A stretch of DNA of 64,000 bases from Hyphochytrium catenoides (lineage: Eukaryota; Protista; Hyphochytriomycota). The notes beneath the pieces are model-generated. The model saw only the letters and a list, made by a program, of their open reading frames with translations. It ran no database searches and had not been told where the DNA came from. A program made the position numbers and the translations under genes. Shown in pieces: positions 1 to 11,512 of the stretch. The stretch spans positions 1 to 64,000 of the forward strand of contig FLMG01002232.1 in NCBI GenBank assembly GCA_900088475.1, read 5' to 3'. Numbering within the stretch: position 1 is the first letter of the stretch; the number at the start of each line of letters is the position of its first letter.

Positions 1-1354
1 AGGTACTGGAAGCTAGAGCTTGCGATGGATCCTTGCTTTCATTGCTCCTCTGTCTCTTTCATCTCTTTTCCTCTCCGTTCCTGTCCTACATCCCTGGGCA
101 TTCCTAGCTCTAGAGCGTCTATCTCTCTGCTCCGGACCTCTACTTGGCCTTCAGGTCCCTGTCTCACTCCTTATCTGCAATTGATAGAGCTGACTTTCTA
201 TCTACCGTCGTCCCTCCAGCGTCTCCCTCGACGGTCGACCCACAGCCTGAGCTGACTCAGGCACAAGGAGTAGCGGAATTCAACCCTGCTGAGGAGCCAC
301 CCCGGGGACTCCAGTAGAGGGATTAAGGCCAACTGGTGCTACTGGATGGCGGTCGAGATGAATGAAAGCTCAAATGGTGAGCGGTTGCTTAGAGAAGCAA
401 GAGGCGAGGACTGACCAGCTCTATTGCACGGTCAGCTAAACTCTCAGCTGCACAAGGCACGACGAAGCGCTAAGGCAGAAGCAAGGAGACTAAAGAGCAA
501 AGGATATATTAACCAAAAGGAGAGAGAGAGAGACAGAGAGAGACGGAGAGAGAGAGATTTAGAGAGAATGCTCACAGGAGGGGAGGTCACAGGTCACAGG
601 ACCTTGCACATGGGCAAGGGCTGTGCCCTTTGAGGCATCAGTAGCCTAGTGAGGACTGCTGAACACGGATTGGAAGCTGTATGCTCCCTTAAGTTCTTCA
701 ACCAGAAAGACATAGACAACAACTAGGCGCTATTATACGTTATATGAAGTAACAAGAGACCAAGATAACAGGGAAAGAAGGAGAGAAGAGAGGTGACCGC
801 GCTAGCAGATGTCAGAAGAGACGCCACTAAAAGGGAGAAGATGGCTGAGACAGGTAGTCGGAGCTTGAGAGAAGGAACGATAAGTCCAGAAGAAATAGCC
901 CGAAGGTGGTTACGACGACTGGAGACATATAAGAGGATGATCCCTCACTCCTCCAGACTCTATCGGCTCAAGACTTCCTTATTGAGGGCAACGTTGGCTG
1001 GTAAATAAGTGACACCTACTGTTCACCATGGACACGAAGAACATTGCGCTTCCTCATGCCTGTCCTAGGTGAGACCATTGTCTTTCGCAATGGTAGCTTG
1101 CCCAGTTCAGGATTGCAAGGAGTGTCGCCCACCCGATGCCTAGATAGCTGACCGAAGCACTAAGACTACGGAGACTGCTAGTCTGCCCTTGGACTAGTGG
1201 CAGACAGGCACAGGTCTCCTACTACCGCCACACAGATTGAGACGTCATTCTGCAGATGGTAGGAACAGAGCTCTATTATTGAGATCAAAGCTCCGACACA
1301 AGGACAGGCAACAAGTTTTTCTAACAAACTAATATTGGGTCATATTAGGATAAT

Positions 1355-2695
1355 TTACTTCTTCTTAGCAGCAGCCTTGGTGGTCTTGCCAGAAGCCTCC
1401 TTCTTGGTAACATCCTTGATGACACCTACAGCCACGGTCTGACGCATATCACGGACAGCGAAACGTCCAAGAGGAGGATACTCGCTGAAGGACTCTACGC
1501 ACATAGGCTTGCTGGGCTCAAGGATGACCAGGCAAGCATCACCAGACTTGACTGCCTTAGGGTTCTCCTCAAGAACCTTGCCGGAACGGCGGTCCATCTT
1601 CTCAGTGATCTCAGAGAATTTGCATGCTACGTGAGCAGTGTGGCAGTCCAGAACTGGAGCGTATCCTGGGCCGATCTGGCCAGGGTGGTTAAGGATGATG
1701 ACCTGGGAAAGGAAGGAAGCAGCGGCCTTAGCAGGGTCGCGCTTGCTGTCAGAAGCGACGAATCCACGGCGAAGCTCCTTGACGGAAACGTTCTTGACGT
1801 TGAAACCAACGTTGTCACCAGGAACAGCCTCAGGAAGAGCCTCGTGGTGCATCTCAACGGACTTGACTTCGGTGGTCAGGCCAGACGGAGCGAAGGTGAC
1901 AACCATACCAGGCTTGAGAACACCAGTCTCAACACGGCCCACAGGCACTGTACCGATACCGCCAATCTTGTAGACGTCCTGAAGAGGAAGACGGAGAGGC
2001 TTGTCGACAGGGCGCTTAGGTGGGTTGACGTTGTCAAGCGCCTCAAGTAGAGTTGGGCCCTTGTACCAAGGCATGTTGGTGGATCTCTCGATCATGTTGT
2101 CACCCTCCCATCCGGAGATAGGGACGAATGGGATCTTGGCGGGCTTGTATCCCACCTTCTTGAGGTAGTTGGATACCTCCTCCATGATTTCCTTGTAACG
2201 GGCCTCAGCGTACTTGACAGAGCCGTCGTCCATCTTGTTGACACCAACAATCATCTGCTTGACACCAAGGGTGAAAGCCAGAAGAGCATGCTCTCTGGTC
2301 TGGCCCTCCTTAGAGATACCAGCCTCGAACTCACCAGCACCAGAAGCCACAACAAGAAGAGCGACATCAGCCTGGGAGGTACCGGTAATCATGTTCTTGA
2401 TGAAATCACGGTGACCAGGAGCGTCAATGACGGTGTACTGGTACTTAGGGGTCTCGAACTTCCAGAGAGCGATATCAATGGTGATACCACGCTCGCGCTC
2501 AGCCTTAAGGTTGTCAAGTACCCATGCGTACTTGAAGGAAGACTTGCCGAGCTCAGCAGCCTCCTTCTCGAACTTCTCGATGGTACGCTTGTCGATACCA
2601 CCGCACTTGTAGATCAGGTGACCGGTGGTGGTGGACTTGCCGGCGTCGACGTGGCCGATAACCACAAGGGAGATATGAGTCTTTTCCTTGCCCAT
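1355..2695 (-). CDS. EEF1A: Translation elongation factor 1-alpha (intronless CDS)
   Basis: ATG at 2695 begins [37 protein letters not shown]; also [62 protein letters not shown]; strongly biased codon usage. Confidence 0.99.
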   Translation of the reverse strand: MGKEKTHISLVVIGHVDAGKSTTTGHLIYKCGGIDKRTIEKFEKEAAELGKSSFKYAWVLDNLKAERERGITIDIALWKFETPKYQYTVIDAPGHRDFIKNMITGTSQADVALLVVASGAGEFEAGISKEGQTREHALLAFTLGVKQMIVGVNKMDDGSVKYAEARYKEIMEEVSNYLKKVGYKPAKIPFVPISGWEGDNMIERSTNMPWYKGPTLLEALDNVNPPKRPVDKPLRLPLQDVYKIGGIGTVPVGRVETGVLKPGMVVTFAPSGLTTEVKSVEMHHEALPEAVPGDNVGFNVKNVSVKELRRGFVASDSKRDPAKAAASFLSQVIILNHPGQIGPGYAPVLDCHTAHVACKFSEITEKMDRRSGKVLEENPKAVKSGDACLVILEPSKPMCVESFSEYPPLGRFAVRDMRQTVAVGVIKDVTKKEASGKTTKAAAKKK

Positions 2696-2710
2696 CTTGA
2701 CAAAATTAGA

Positions 2711-2963
2711 CTGTTGAGCACGCAAGAGTTGACAGACGCGTCAGCGGGAGAACTAGTCGGTACTGGGCAAACTGAACAATGGGCCTCCCTAACGCGCGTA
2801 TCCCCCAGCCTTCAAAGTACGTATCCTCAGAGCCACTACAATGCTTTCCTACACCTCGTCTAAACACTCTTCGCCTCTTGGCATCTACTCATCAGCAAAA
2901 AGACGAAGCCCTTTGTCACCCTTTTCCTTTCCCTGCGCTCATACGCTGCACTTCCCCTCTTAC
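2711..2963 (-). other. Probable 5'-UTR intron of EF-1alpha
   Basis: Minus strand donor AAG|GTAAGA at 2963 and acceptor CTCAACAG| at 2711, 15 nt before the ATG; a 5'-UTR intron is common in EF1A genes. Confidence 0.5.
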
Positions 2964-3479
2964 CTTTGACGGAGACTGACGCTCGAGTTGGTGGCTGCGA
3001 GTGGTTCCCGAAGATCCAGAAAACACGGAAGTGATGCTGCGCTTGCTGGGCAGGATCCGCGCGCCGCCCGCCTAACAGCACCGCCAGCCTCTCACCGACT
3101 GTAGTAAGGAAGCGCTAGTCATAATAATAGGGGCTATAGATAAGCTATATTCACTGTTATTATGAAGGTATTAGGAGGCGTAGTAGTATCGTTATGGTGG
3201 TGTCCTAAGGCAGTAATATGGACTAGAAATGTGAGTTCTATGATTGGCTTCGCTATAATAATTTCTTACTTTCGGGTCTAACCCGATACAGAATACCTAT
3301 TGATTTCGGCGTAGTAATATGGGACAGTAATGACGTCCAACTCCCACCCATCTTCCGGACAGGGTTGTCTCTCGTTCTAGCTTTATCTTTTTGTGAACTA
3401 GCTGTCCCAGCGGACATGGCCCATCCATCCCTGTGCCTCAGGAACCACATATCCTGCCAAAGATTAATGGTCATGGGCA

Positions 3480-4180
3480 GCACTCCGATATTTGGCTGTA
3501 GCGGATGACGCGTCTAGACCTATCACCTGTATGTGTCGCCCTCTACAGACACAACATAATATCGGAGTCCAATCTGATGGCTATAGCAATAATTTCATTA
3601 CTGATATGCACAGCCTTATCTGTAATCAAACCTGCCGGATGAGGATCCTGAATGCTGCAGCCGCGGCGCCGTGGCCAGCAAAGATCAGGCCAAGAAAGAT
3701 CCACGAAGCGCCACTCCCTGTGGAAACTGCCACAGCTAGAACTACTACTTGCCACTGTACCAGTAGATCCAAAGGTCAGATCGACCTACCTGCGGACAAC
3801 AGGACGACAAGGAAAGTTGAGCTCGCCTTGATGACTCTCCTCGTCGCTCAACATCTTGATGAGGAGGATCAACGGTATTTCTTCTTCCTCGATGATGAGT
3901 TTTGAGTGACCCCGCTTGTTTACTCCTGCCGTCCAGGTCCTTGTCCTATGGTACACTTCCCTTTGATGCGATGGAGGAGACGTTAAGGATTGTTAGAGTT
4001 CGAGAACCAAAGGCTTTCTGTGCTGACAATTTTACTGGGAGAACGTCCGTCCACCAAGGGGCAGGTGGAAGCTGACAACTGCGAGTAGTGAGCGTGGAGG
4101 TCATTAGAAATGTCAAGCAAAGTAATGCCCTTATAGGAGTAGATCACTTGACAGGACATCACGAACAAGTATCTCGCTTA
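3480..4180 (+). mobile_element. Highly decayed LTR-retrotransposon (Ty1/Copia-like gag-protease) remnant, tentative
   Basis: 3719-3758 reads CGNCHS*N then TTCHC after a frameshift, which would restore a CX2CX4HX4C zinc knuckle; followed by FFLDD and IRNVKQSNALIGVDHL (4103-4150), loosely like the Copia protease region; many stops and TpA-rich flanks. No RT or integrase seen. Confidence 0.3.
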
Positions 4181-5379
4181 TAGTAGAAAACCCTCCGCTG
4201 CAGTATTCTTTAGTAAGGCCTAGCACCACTCTGCTGTGGCTAGTCGCTAGAGTTACTAATGCCTTGTGTTACTACTGCACTGTGATGGTACGGCGGCATC
4301 GTTTCGGTACACTACTTCCTGCTGCTGGAGGTTTGTCACCTCACGCTTATGAGGTAGACAGCTCCCATTGGCAGGAGCCTTTAATCCCGCGCTAACGATT
4401 GAGATGTTGCCATCCTACATGCACGAATTAATCACGAGTTAAAACGCTTGAGAGGCCTATTTTCAGAAAAAGCAACTCGAGAAAAAAGAAGCAGGAAGGT
4501 GAGAAAGGATAGAGATTAGTGACCAGTAGCGGGTTTTTCCTTCTCCCAAGGTATTGTGCTGACGCCGATATTCCAAGCGAGCTGAGCCATTCAAACCCCC
4601 GGGGCTGACTCAAGACGTCTCTTTGCCTGCCGTGGCAAGCACGACGTAGGCACCAGTGTATAGCGCCTTTGCCTTTGTCAGCAATTCCTGCTGGAAGGCA
4701 CCTGGCAATGCCAGCCTGTCCGCCCATTTTTATATGAGACCACGTTCATAAAGGCACCGTCTTTATAGGGACGCTACTTAATCTGTTAGTTGTCCTCCCC
4801 TGTATTAGTCGTTAAACACAATCTATCTGCAGAGGTCACCAGCATCTGCATCGTCCAACCGTGCGGTCTATAAAGTGTGAAATGCCTATTACTCGTAGCT
4901 CTAGTAACAAAGCCATCGCTGCGATACGAGTAATCCCCGGTAACTCATGTTGACTGTAGGTAGCTTGTCCTCGGGGATGCTTTAACGTCCTCGCTCTCTC
5001 GTTATATGGAGGAAAGTACTTCCTGTCCGTCACTTTGCCACCGTTAGTGTCCTTTCTGGACACTGGGCATCAAGTCTAAACCAGGAGTCAGGGGTGCTGT
5101 ACAGAAAGTGCCGAGGGCACCAGTGGCGGGGCATATTCCCTGGTATGGTCTTGATGTTGTAAGTGTGAACCCTGGAGTTCTTGGTTGCTCTAGCTTTGGC
5201 AGCAAAGAGAGTCAACATCGGATATGGCTGCATGTCTCAAACTCAAGGGCACCCTGACAGTAGTACCACAGCATCTCTGTGGAGGCAACGCCTTTCGTGC
5301 CTAGTGAGTAGTTGTCCGCTAGAGAGCAGGATGCTTTATGTATTCGCAAAGCACCTGGGCCAACGGTAGCAGCACGTGT

Positions 5380-6028
5380 CTATTCGGGGGTCAGTGAATC
5401 CTTGGTGTAAAGGTAAAGGTGGACATTGTTATACTGGCCGCATGTCTGCTCTCGCACAGGCTTGAGGTCTCTAATGCCCCAGGTGTTGCAAACGATTCTG
5501 CAGCCGCTAGCCAGCAACTTTAGTAGGGTAGGAGAGATCATGGAAACGGCATCAGGAAGCAGGTAGATAGTGATTACGGTGGCGTCACTGTAGTCCACGC
5601 TCGTCAGGTCGGAGTGCAGCGCGGTCACTTTATCATTTACGCCCATCTGCTGTATCTTTTTATTGAACTTCTCAATGAGAAATTCCTCGATCTCTATCCC
5701 TAAAGCGGCAGAGTACAGGGTTGAAGGTTAATCAAGAATAAGCACAGCATGAGAGACCTAAGCTACAACCCTTCTCCATGCAGGCAAACATACCTACGGC
5801 TTTGGCTCCATATGTTTTGGCTGCCATGAGGCAAATGCGCCCATCGCCACAGCCCAGATCGTAAAGAATATCCCCTTCATGGACTTCGGCCAGAGCCAGA
5901 ATCCGGTGTACTACCTCAACGTCCGACTGACAGGGTGGAGCTAGAGAGTCGCCTTCAATCCACATGAAGGGCAGCTCTTCCTCTTCGTCCTCCTCAAAGG
6001 CAGTGTCTATGTCAGCTCCATCCTTCAT
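5380..6028 (-). CDS. Class I SAM-dependent methyltransferase (FAM173/ANTKMT-like), 2 exons (6028-5794, 5699-5380)
   Basis: LYDLGCGDGRI motif I, spliced AVG|IEIEE, ATVITIYLLP, GCRIVCNTW; GT-AG intron 5793-5700 restores the frame. Confidence 0.85.
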
Positions 6029-7649
6029 CCTGACACCACGTTTCACACTTCCTGGTATGGAAGCAATACTGTGTGAGACCTGAGAAGTAGTGCTTGCATA
6101 GAGACCCAATGGCGGCTTACTGTGTATCCGTGTCTTTTGCTAGGACACAATGTTGCAGGGATAGAGAGGGGTACGCAGGACCTAGCCCTTCTCCCCCACT
6201 ATTGTGGCAGCGTGGCAGCTGCTGCAGCCTCTTCCAGACAGCCAGACAACTATGGCCTGCATCTCCTCTGCCTCCTCGCTTCTCCTGTCAAGTCACTCCT
6301 CTGTACAGGCTCTACAGGCTCGTAAGAACAACTGAAGAGGTGATTCGCAAGCGCTGATCGAGAAGGTGAGCCAAAGAGTAAGGAGGTGCATCGTTCTAGA
6401 TAAATCAATCATTTTTATGGAGATTTTACCATTTAATCTACCGATATCAGGTATAAAGAGGAGTCGTTGGTCAAACCACAAAATCAGTTCGATATAATCA
6501 GTAAATGCCTACAAGAGCTGATTCCCAGGGCATTGATTTATTTGAGTGATCGTTCTGATGTTGTGAGTTCTGATGTTTATGGTGGTACCCAGACCACCCC
6601 TCGGATCCGATTCCTTCCCTTGCTGGGATCTCCAGAAAAGCAGCTTCCGAGGTCTGACCTTTCATCATCATCGTCATTTCCTCCTCCGTCTCTACATCTT
6701 CCCTGGTTGGCTGCTCCTCCTCCCGTCATCGCTTCCGCCTGTACCGTTGTTCTATCGGCTTCTGATGGCTCACCAGTTTTGACCATTCAGTGCCTCGTAG
6801 CCCACCCGGTCCCTTAGCGATGAGAGTTAGAAGAAAGTGAGAGATTGTTCACATCTGTGCACCATGAGGATGCTTCTAGGCTGCTTCAGCGACACTTCAT
6901 ACATTTATCCTTCATGATTATTAAGATCGATAGGACAAGCGATCTTGAGAAGCTCATCAGCACATGAGCTCCCTCGACCATTCAGATTTTGACTTCCTTT
7001 CTACTGAGACAAGCCAACAAGCAGGCTTCCCAAGTATTTTCAGCTGTCTTCCTCAGCTTGCTTCAATTAACCACGAGCGACATTCCTAGGTGCCTCTATC
7101 TACATAATCCCACAGTATGATGTGCTCTGGGTACTTATGAGTGCGAATCTGTTTTTGCTTCCACGCATCACAGAGGACAAGACGACGGAACTTGTTTTCC
7201 AGAAAGGATAGTAGAGCTTCTAATAGAGAGAGGGTTGATGGTAACAAGATGTCGAGTCTACTATAATCAGTGAGGTGGCCCTTGATTCTGCCGTAGTGTT
7301 AAGAGTGGCGACCGTGCTCTTTGGGTTGCTCTCAAGAGGGGCTCTCACTTCCGCCTCTCCAGCTCTAATGCTGCTGCCGCTAACCGCATTTACCTGTTGA
7401 ACCTGGACCCGGGCTCGCTGTTAGCTAAACCTGGAACAGGAATCATTTCCATGTTCTGACCGCCCCACCCTATTTCACTTGGAGTCTTTTCTGCACGAGG
7501 TGCTTCCAGATAAAGAAGTCGAAGGCTGGTTGTTCACGGTGGCTTCTCTTAACCCAAGCGCTTCCTTGGGCCGGGCCGAAGTAGCAGATTATTGACCGCT
7601 AGTGATACTGCGGAGTGGTCACAACCACCGCCACCTGGCTCCAATTGCA

Positions 7650-9942
7650 TCAGCTCTTGACAAGGCTACCCTGCACCCATACCCGCAGGATGTTCCTGTC
7701 ATCTCCAAGATTGATAAACCGCTCCACATAGCTCTCCTTGGTATGGAGACCAGCGGCCGAAGAACTCGATCCATCATCGGAGACAAAAAATAAGTCGATA
7801 GGAGAGTTTGAAGGAGCGATATCTACCAGGAGGGCGTCAAAACACTTTCCTTCTTTCAGAGTCCCCACCTTGTCTGCTATACTAAGACATTCTGCCCCAC
7901 CAAGAGTAGCAAGCCAAAGTGCCTCTTTCCAGCTAACTCGAGGGCTCGAAGTGGAACTGCCGTCAATCTGTTGTCCTTGTGTCCTCTGTCTCTCTTCATT
8001 GGCCAGCGCTAGGGAAGCCAGCACCGTACTTCGCATAGCAGAGAGCATGGAGTAGGAATACCCGCCAGCTACATCCGTTCCTAGGCCACATGTAAGGCCT
8101 AGCCGCTGATTGAAGTGCTGAAGGGGAAAGGTCCCGTCGGCAAAGTAAAAGTTAGAGAGAGGACAAACCGCTATCGCTGCCTTTCTCTCATTGAGCAGGT
8201 GCACGTCGTCCTCCGAGAGGTGGACACCGTGGGCTAGAACCGTCTTGGAAGTAAGAAGTCCGCAGTGGTCGAAGATTAGTGTGTCGTTTCCTCCTCCTAG
8301 AGCAGGAGAAGGATAGAGCTCTCTCACAAACTTGATCTCGTCCAGAGATTCTGACACGTGCGATTGGACGTGCACCTGCAGCTCTTGTGCCATCTTGCCA
8401 AGACCTTTTAGTAGAGAGAGAGAACAGGAAGGGATGAAGCGTGGAGTGATGACGGGTTGAACTCTGTCATTTCCCTTGCTCCTTACGTAGTCTATGAAGT
8501 GTCTTGCCTCAGCTAACGCTTCCTCCGTCTCCTCCCTGTATCCCTGTGGGCTATTCTGGTCCATTGAAACCTTGCCTATGTACCCTCTTTGTCCCTCTCT
8601 CTCTACAATGTCAGCCAACAATTGGGATGGCTCTCGATGCAGTGTAGCAAAGTAGAGAGCTGTGGTGGTGCCATTGTCCAGGAGACGTCGGACAAGCTGA
8701 CCTACAAAGTCCGAGCAAGTGAGAGTAGCGAAGTCGGATTGTCATAACCTTGATACTGAAGCATGCGAACGATGAGCAAGAAGGAGAGAGAGAGAGAGAA
8801 AAGGAAAGAGAGAGAACGAGAAAGAAAGGCCAATGAGGAGACCATGCAGACAACTGATTAGAGAGAGGCATGGTACTTAGGTGGAACGCTGATAAATGAC
8901 AAGAAACCTTGAAAGATAGGAGGTAATAGACAGAAAGAGGAACGGAAGAGAATAACTGCAGGGAAGTGGACAAAAAGCCCATAGGGAGGAGAAGGTAAAA
9001 GACCCGAACGCGAAGACACAACCGCTAGAGCTCTCTCTGCCTTCTAACCATAAACGGCTTCTGCCAGCACCAGATCCTGCAGCCGCTGCTCAGAAGGGAA
9101 CGTGTACTTGTTAAGCCTGGTGAGGCAAAAGAGACATCAGACGAAATCTCCCATTCGTGGACAGACAGCAGGCAAAGTTAAGCTCGAAGAAGAATCTTAG
9201 TGGCAGTCATGGACCCTCAACAAGGAAAACGGGCGGGCACGACGCGTGGAGGTGCAGGGGAGGATATATGATGCCGGAGGAGCAGTTGAAAGAAGCTGAG
9301 GAGCTAAACAGAAAGGAAGGGCAACACGCTGGAGAGAGAGCAGAGGAAGACCGACAGTCCCGAAGAAGAGGAGAGATAGAGAGAGAGCAGGTTTGGGCAA
9401 GGAGAGTGTTAAGGAAGACAAGAGGAGGAGAGGTACCACTCCATCAACGGGACGTCTAGGCCCGAACCGCAGAACTGATACTGAGGCGCATGGATGTGTG
9501 TGTCAATAAAGCCAGGGATAAGGAACTGGGTAGGAGAGAGGAACAGAATGCTCTTTCTCTCTCTTACGATCCTTTCCACGAGCGGAGAGAAGAACGGCGA
9601 GGCTGGGGCAGATGGAGAAGTGAGCAAGAAGCTTCGCAGTTGGTCTTCATCTTTGCAGACGTCTGCCGAGAGCCCTGGGAAGAGCGCGAGTATGGTTCCT
9701 CCTTCTCTTGTTTCTTCGTGATCATGAGTCTCTCTCTGGCCTTGTTCGGTCCTCTCTTTTCCTCTTCTCTCCGGCTGTTCTTTTTTATCTGCGCTCTCTT
9801 GGCCTTGAGCCGCTTCTCTTCTCTTTTTGTCTCCACACTCTGGCGGCTTCTCAGGTGCTTCCACGGCGATAAGCGTGTCTTCTAGGATCTCTACATCTCC
9901 TCTACCTGGCGCATGCACTACGGTCCCGTGGATCAGCAGCAT
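7650..9942 (-). CDS. GDA: Guanine deaminase (amidohydrolase superfamily), 3 exons
   Basis: PGFIDTHIHAPQY, spliced LMEW|LNKYTFPSE, LLDNGTTTALYFATLH, PVITPRFIPSCS, HVQSHVSES, AHGVHL, CPLSN, GLGTDVAGG, GDDRNI. Confidence 0.95.
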
Positions 9943-10115
9943 CTCTGGCTTGCCTTTGTGTGCTATAGAGGTAGGTCAGACCCTGGGGAGTGACGAGACA
10001 GAGTGGCCTCACCCCCAGGATCGATCTGCCAAAGACCAGCAGCTGCTGCCTTTTCTGTCATTGCAAATTGCTCATGGCGATGGCGATGTTGGAAAACCGT
10101 TGCTTTCGCAAAGGG

Positions 10116-10151
10116 CGAGAGAGAGAGAGAGGCGGAGAGAGGGAGAGGGGG

Positions 10152-10188
<37 letters not shown>

Positions 10189-10205
10189 CGCGCAAGAGAG
10201 AGAGA
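10116..10205. repeat. (GA)n microsatellite tract
   Basis: Visible imperfect GA dinucleotide run. Confidence 0.9.
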
Positions 10206-10834
10206 CATTATTATCACGAAATCAATGGAAGTGTTCTTATTTGACCCTTGAACAGAGGTCTACTGCTTAAACATACTGTGCATCTAGGCTATCGACCCAT
10301 CTGCACAAACAACTGGATTCATCCCTCTTGTTGTTGTCTCTCTTGTCCTTTCCTCTCTCTACTTCTCTCTCTCCTCTCCCCTCCTTCTCTCTCTCTCCCC
10401 TTCTCTGGCTCAACACTCCCTCTCTTTCTTTCTTATGCTCTCTCTCTCGCGCGCGCCAACGCTCAGCTGCCTCTGTCTCTGTTGATAGTTAGAACTATCC
10501 AGCTGCTTCCATCAGGAAGAGAGAGGGAGAGAGAGAGGGGGAGAGAGGGACACGAGCGAAGAGAAAGAGATCACCCAAGACGGGTCACTAAGAGGGCAAG
10601 GGCGAGGGAAACTTCATGCTACCGTTTGCCTAACAGGGAAGAGAGCAAGAGAGAAGGATGAAGAGACGAGAGAGGGGAGAGGACAGTGTACTGACCAGCT
10701 TCGCAAACAGGGTAGTAAGTGAGCTGCGAGCGTACATTATCAGCGGCTCAGACAAATTGTCCTCCATCTGTGTCAGTGTAAATGTCATTCGGGCCATGGC
10801 TGCCGTTCTCACTCTCCTTCAACCTTGGCCTCGT

Positions 10835-10871
10835 AGAGAGAGAGAGAGATAGAGAGATTGAGAGAGAGATT

Positions 10872-10919
<48 letters not shown>

Positions 10920-10920
10920 C
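10835..10920. repeat. (GA)n microsatellite tract
   Basis: Visible long GA run. Confidence 0.9.
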
Positions 10921-11304
10921 TTCGGGAAGGGAAGATAGACGATAGGAAGAGAAAGAGGGCCACGCAGTGAGGCGTAACGTAGGGAAAAGTTTCTCTGGCG
11001 CGTCAGGGCAGCAGTTCCTGGCTCCTCTGCAAGTCAACTAATTGATGCTGCTCTTTTAGGGTTCCTCTCTTTATTCTACGCAGGACCGTTTCTCCTCTCT
11101 CTTCTCTCTCTCTCTCTCTCCCTGGCTCTTACTCTTTCTTTCTTTATCTTGCACTCTCTTTCCGTCCTTCTCTCTACTCCATCCCTCGTAAGTCTCCTCA
11201 CTGACCTTCCTCGGCCCCAAACCTCCTGTTTTTCTTCCTTCCAATGTTAGCCATTGCGACAGATTCAAAGCGAAGCGCAGATTAGAGGGCAAGCAGCAAG
11301 GGAG

Positions 11305-11385
11305 AGAGAGACAGCTCAGACAGACAGACAGACAGACAGAGAAAGAGAGACACACAGAGAGAGAGACACACACACACACACACAC

Positions 11386-11416
<31 letters not shown>

Positions 11417-11430
11417 AGAGAAGAAGAGGG
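11305..11430. repeat. Compound (GACA)n/(CA)n/(GA)n microsatellite
   Basis: Visible compound repeat just upstream of the ZNFX1-like ATG. Confidence 0.9.
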
Positions 11431-11512
11431 TAAAAGGAAGCTACAGGGAATGAGAGAGAAGGCGCAGAGATAGACTGCAGAATCGTTAATCGAAGTGAGA
11501 AAGAGCAGCGAG

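Noticed and set aside
1028-1110. HDV-like or hammerhead ribozyme
   Set aside because: A ttcctcat loop and partial P1-like pairing are present, but P3, P1.1 and J4/2 cannot be built consistently, and there is no CUGANGA core.
1631-2863. Plus-strand ORFs of 111-191 aa overlapping EF-1alpha
   Set aside because: Antisense shadows caused by the strong codon bias of EF-1alpha.
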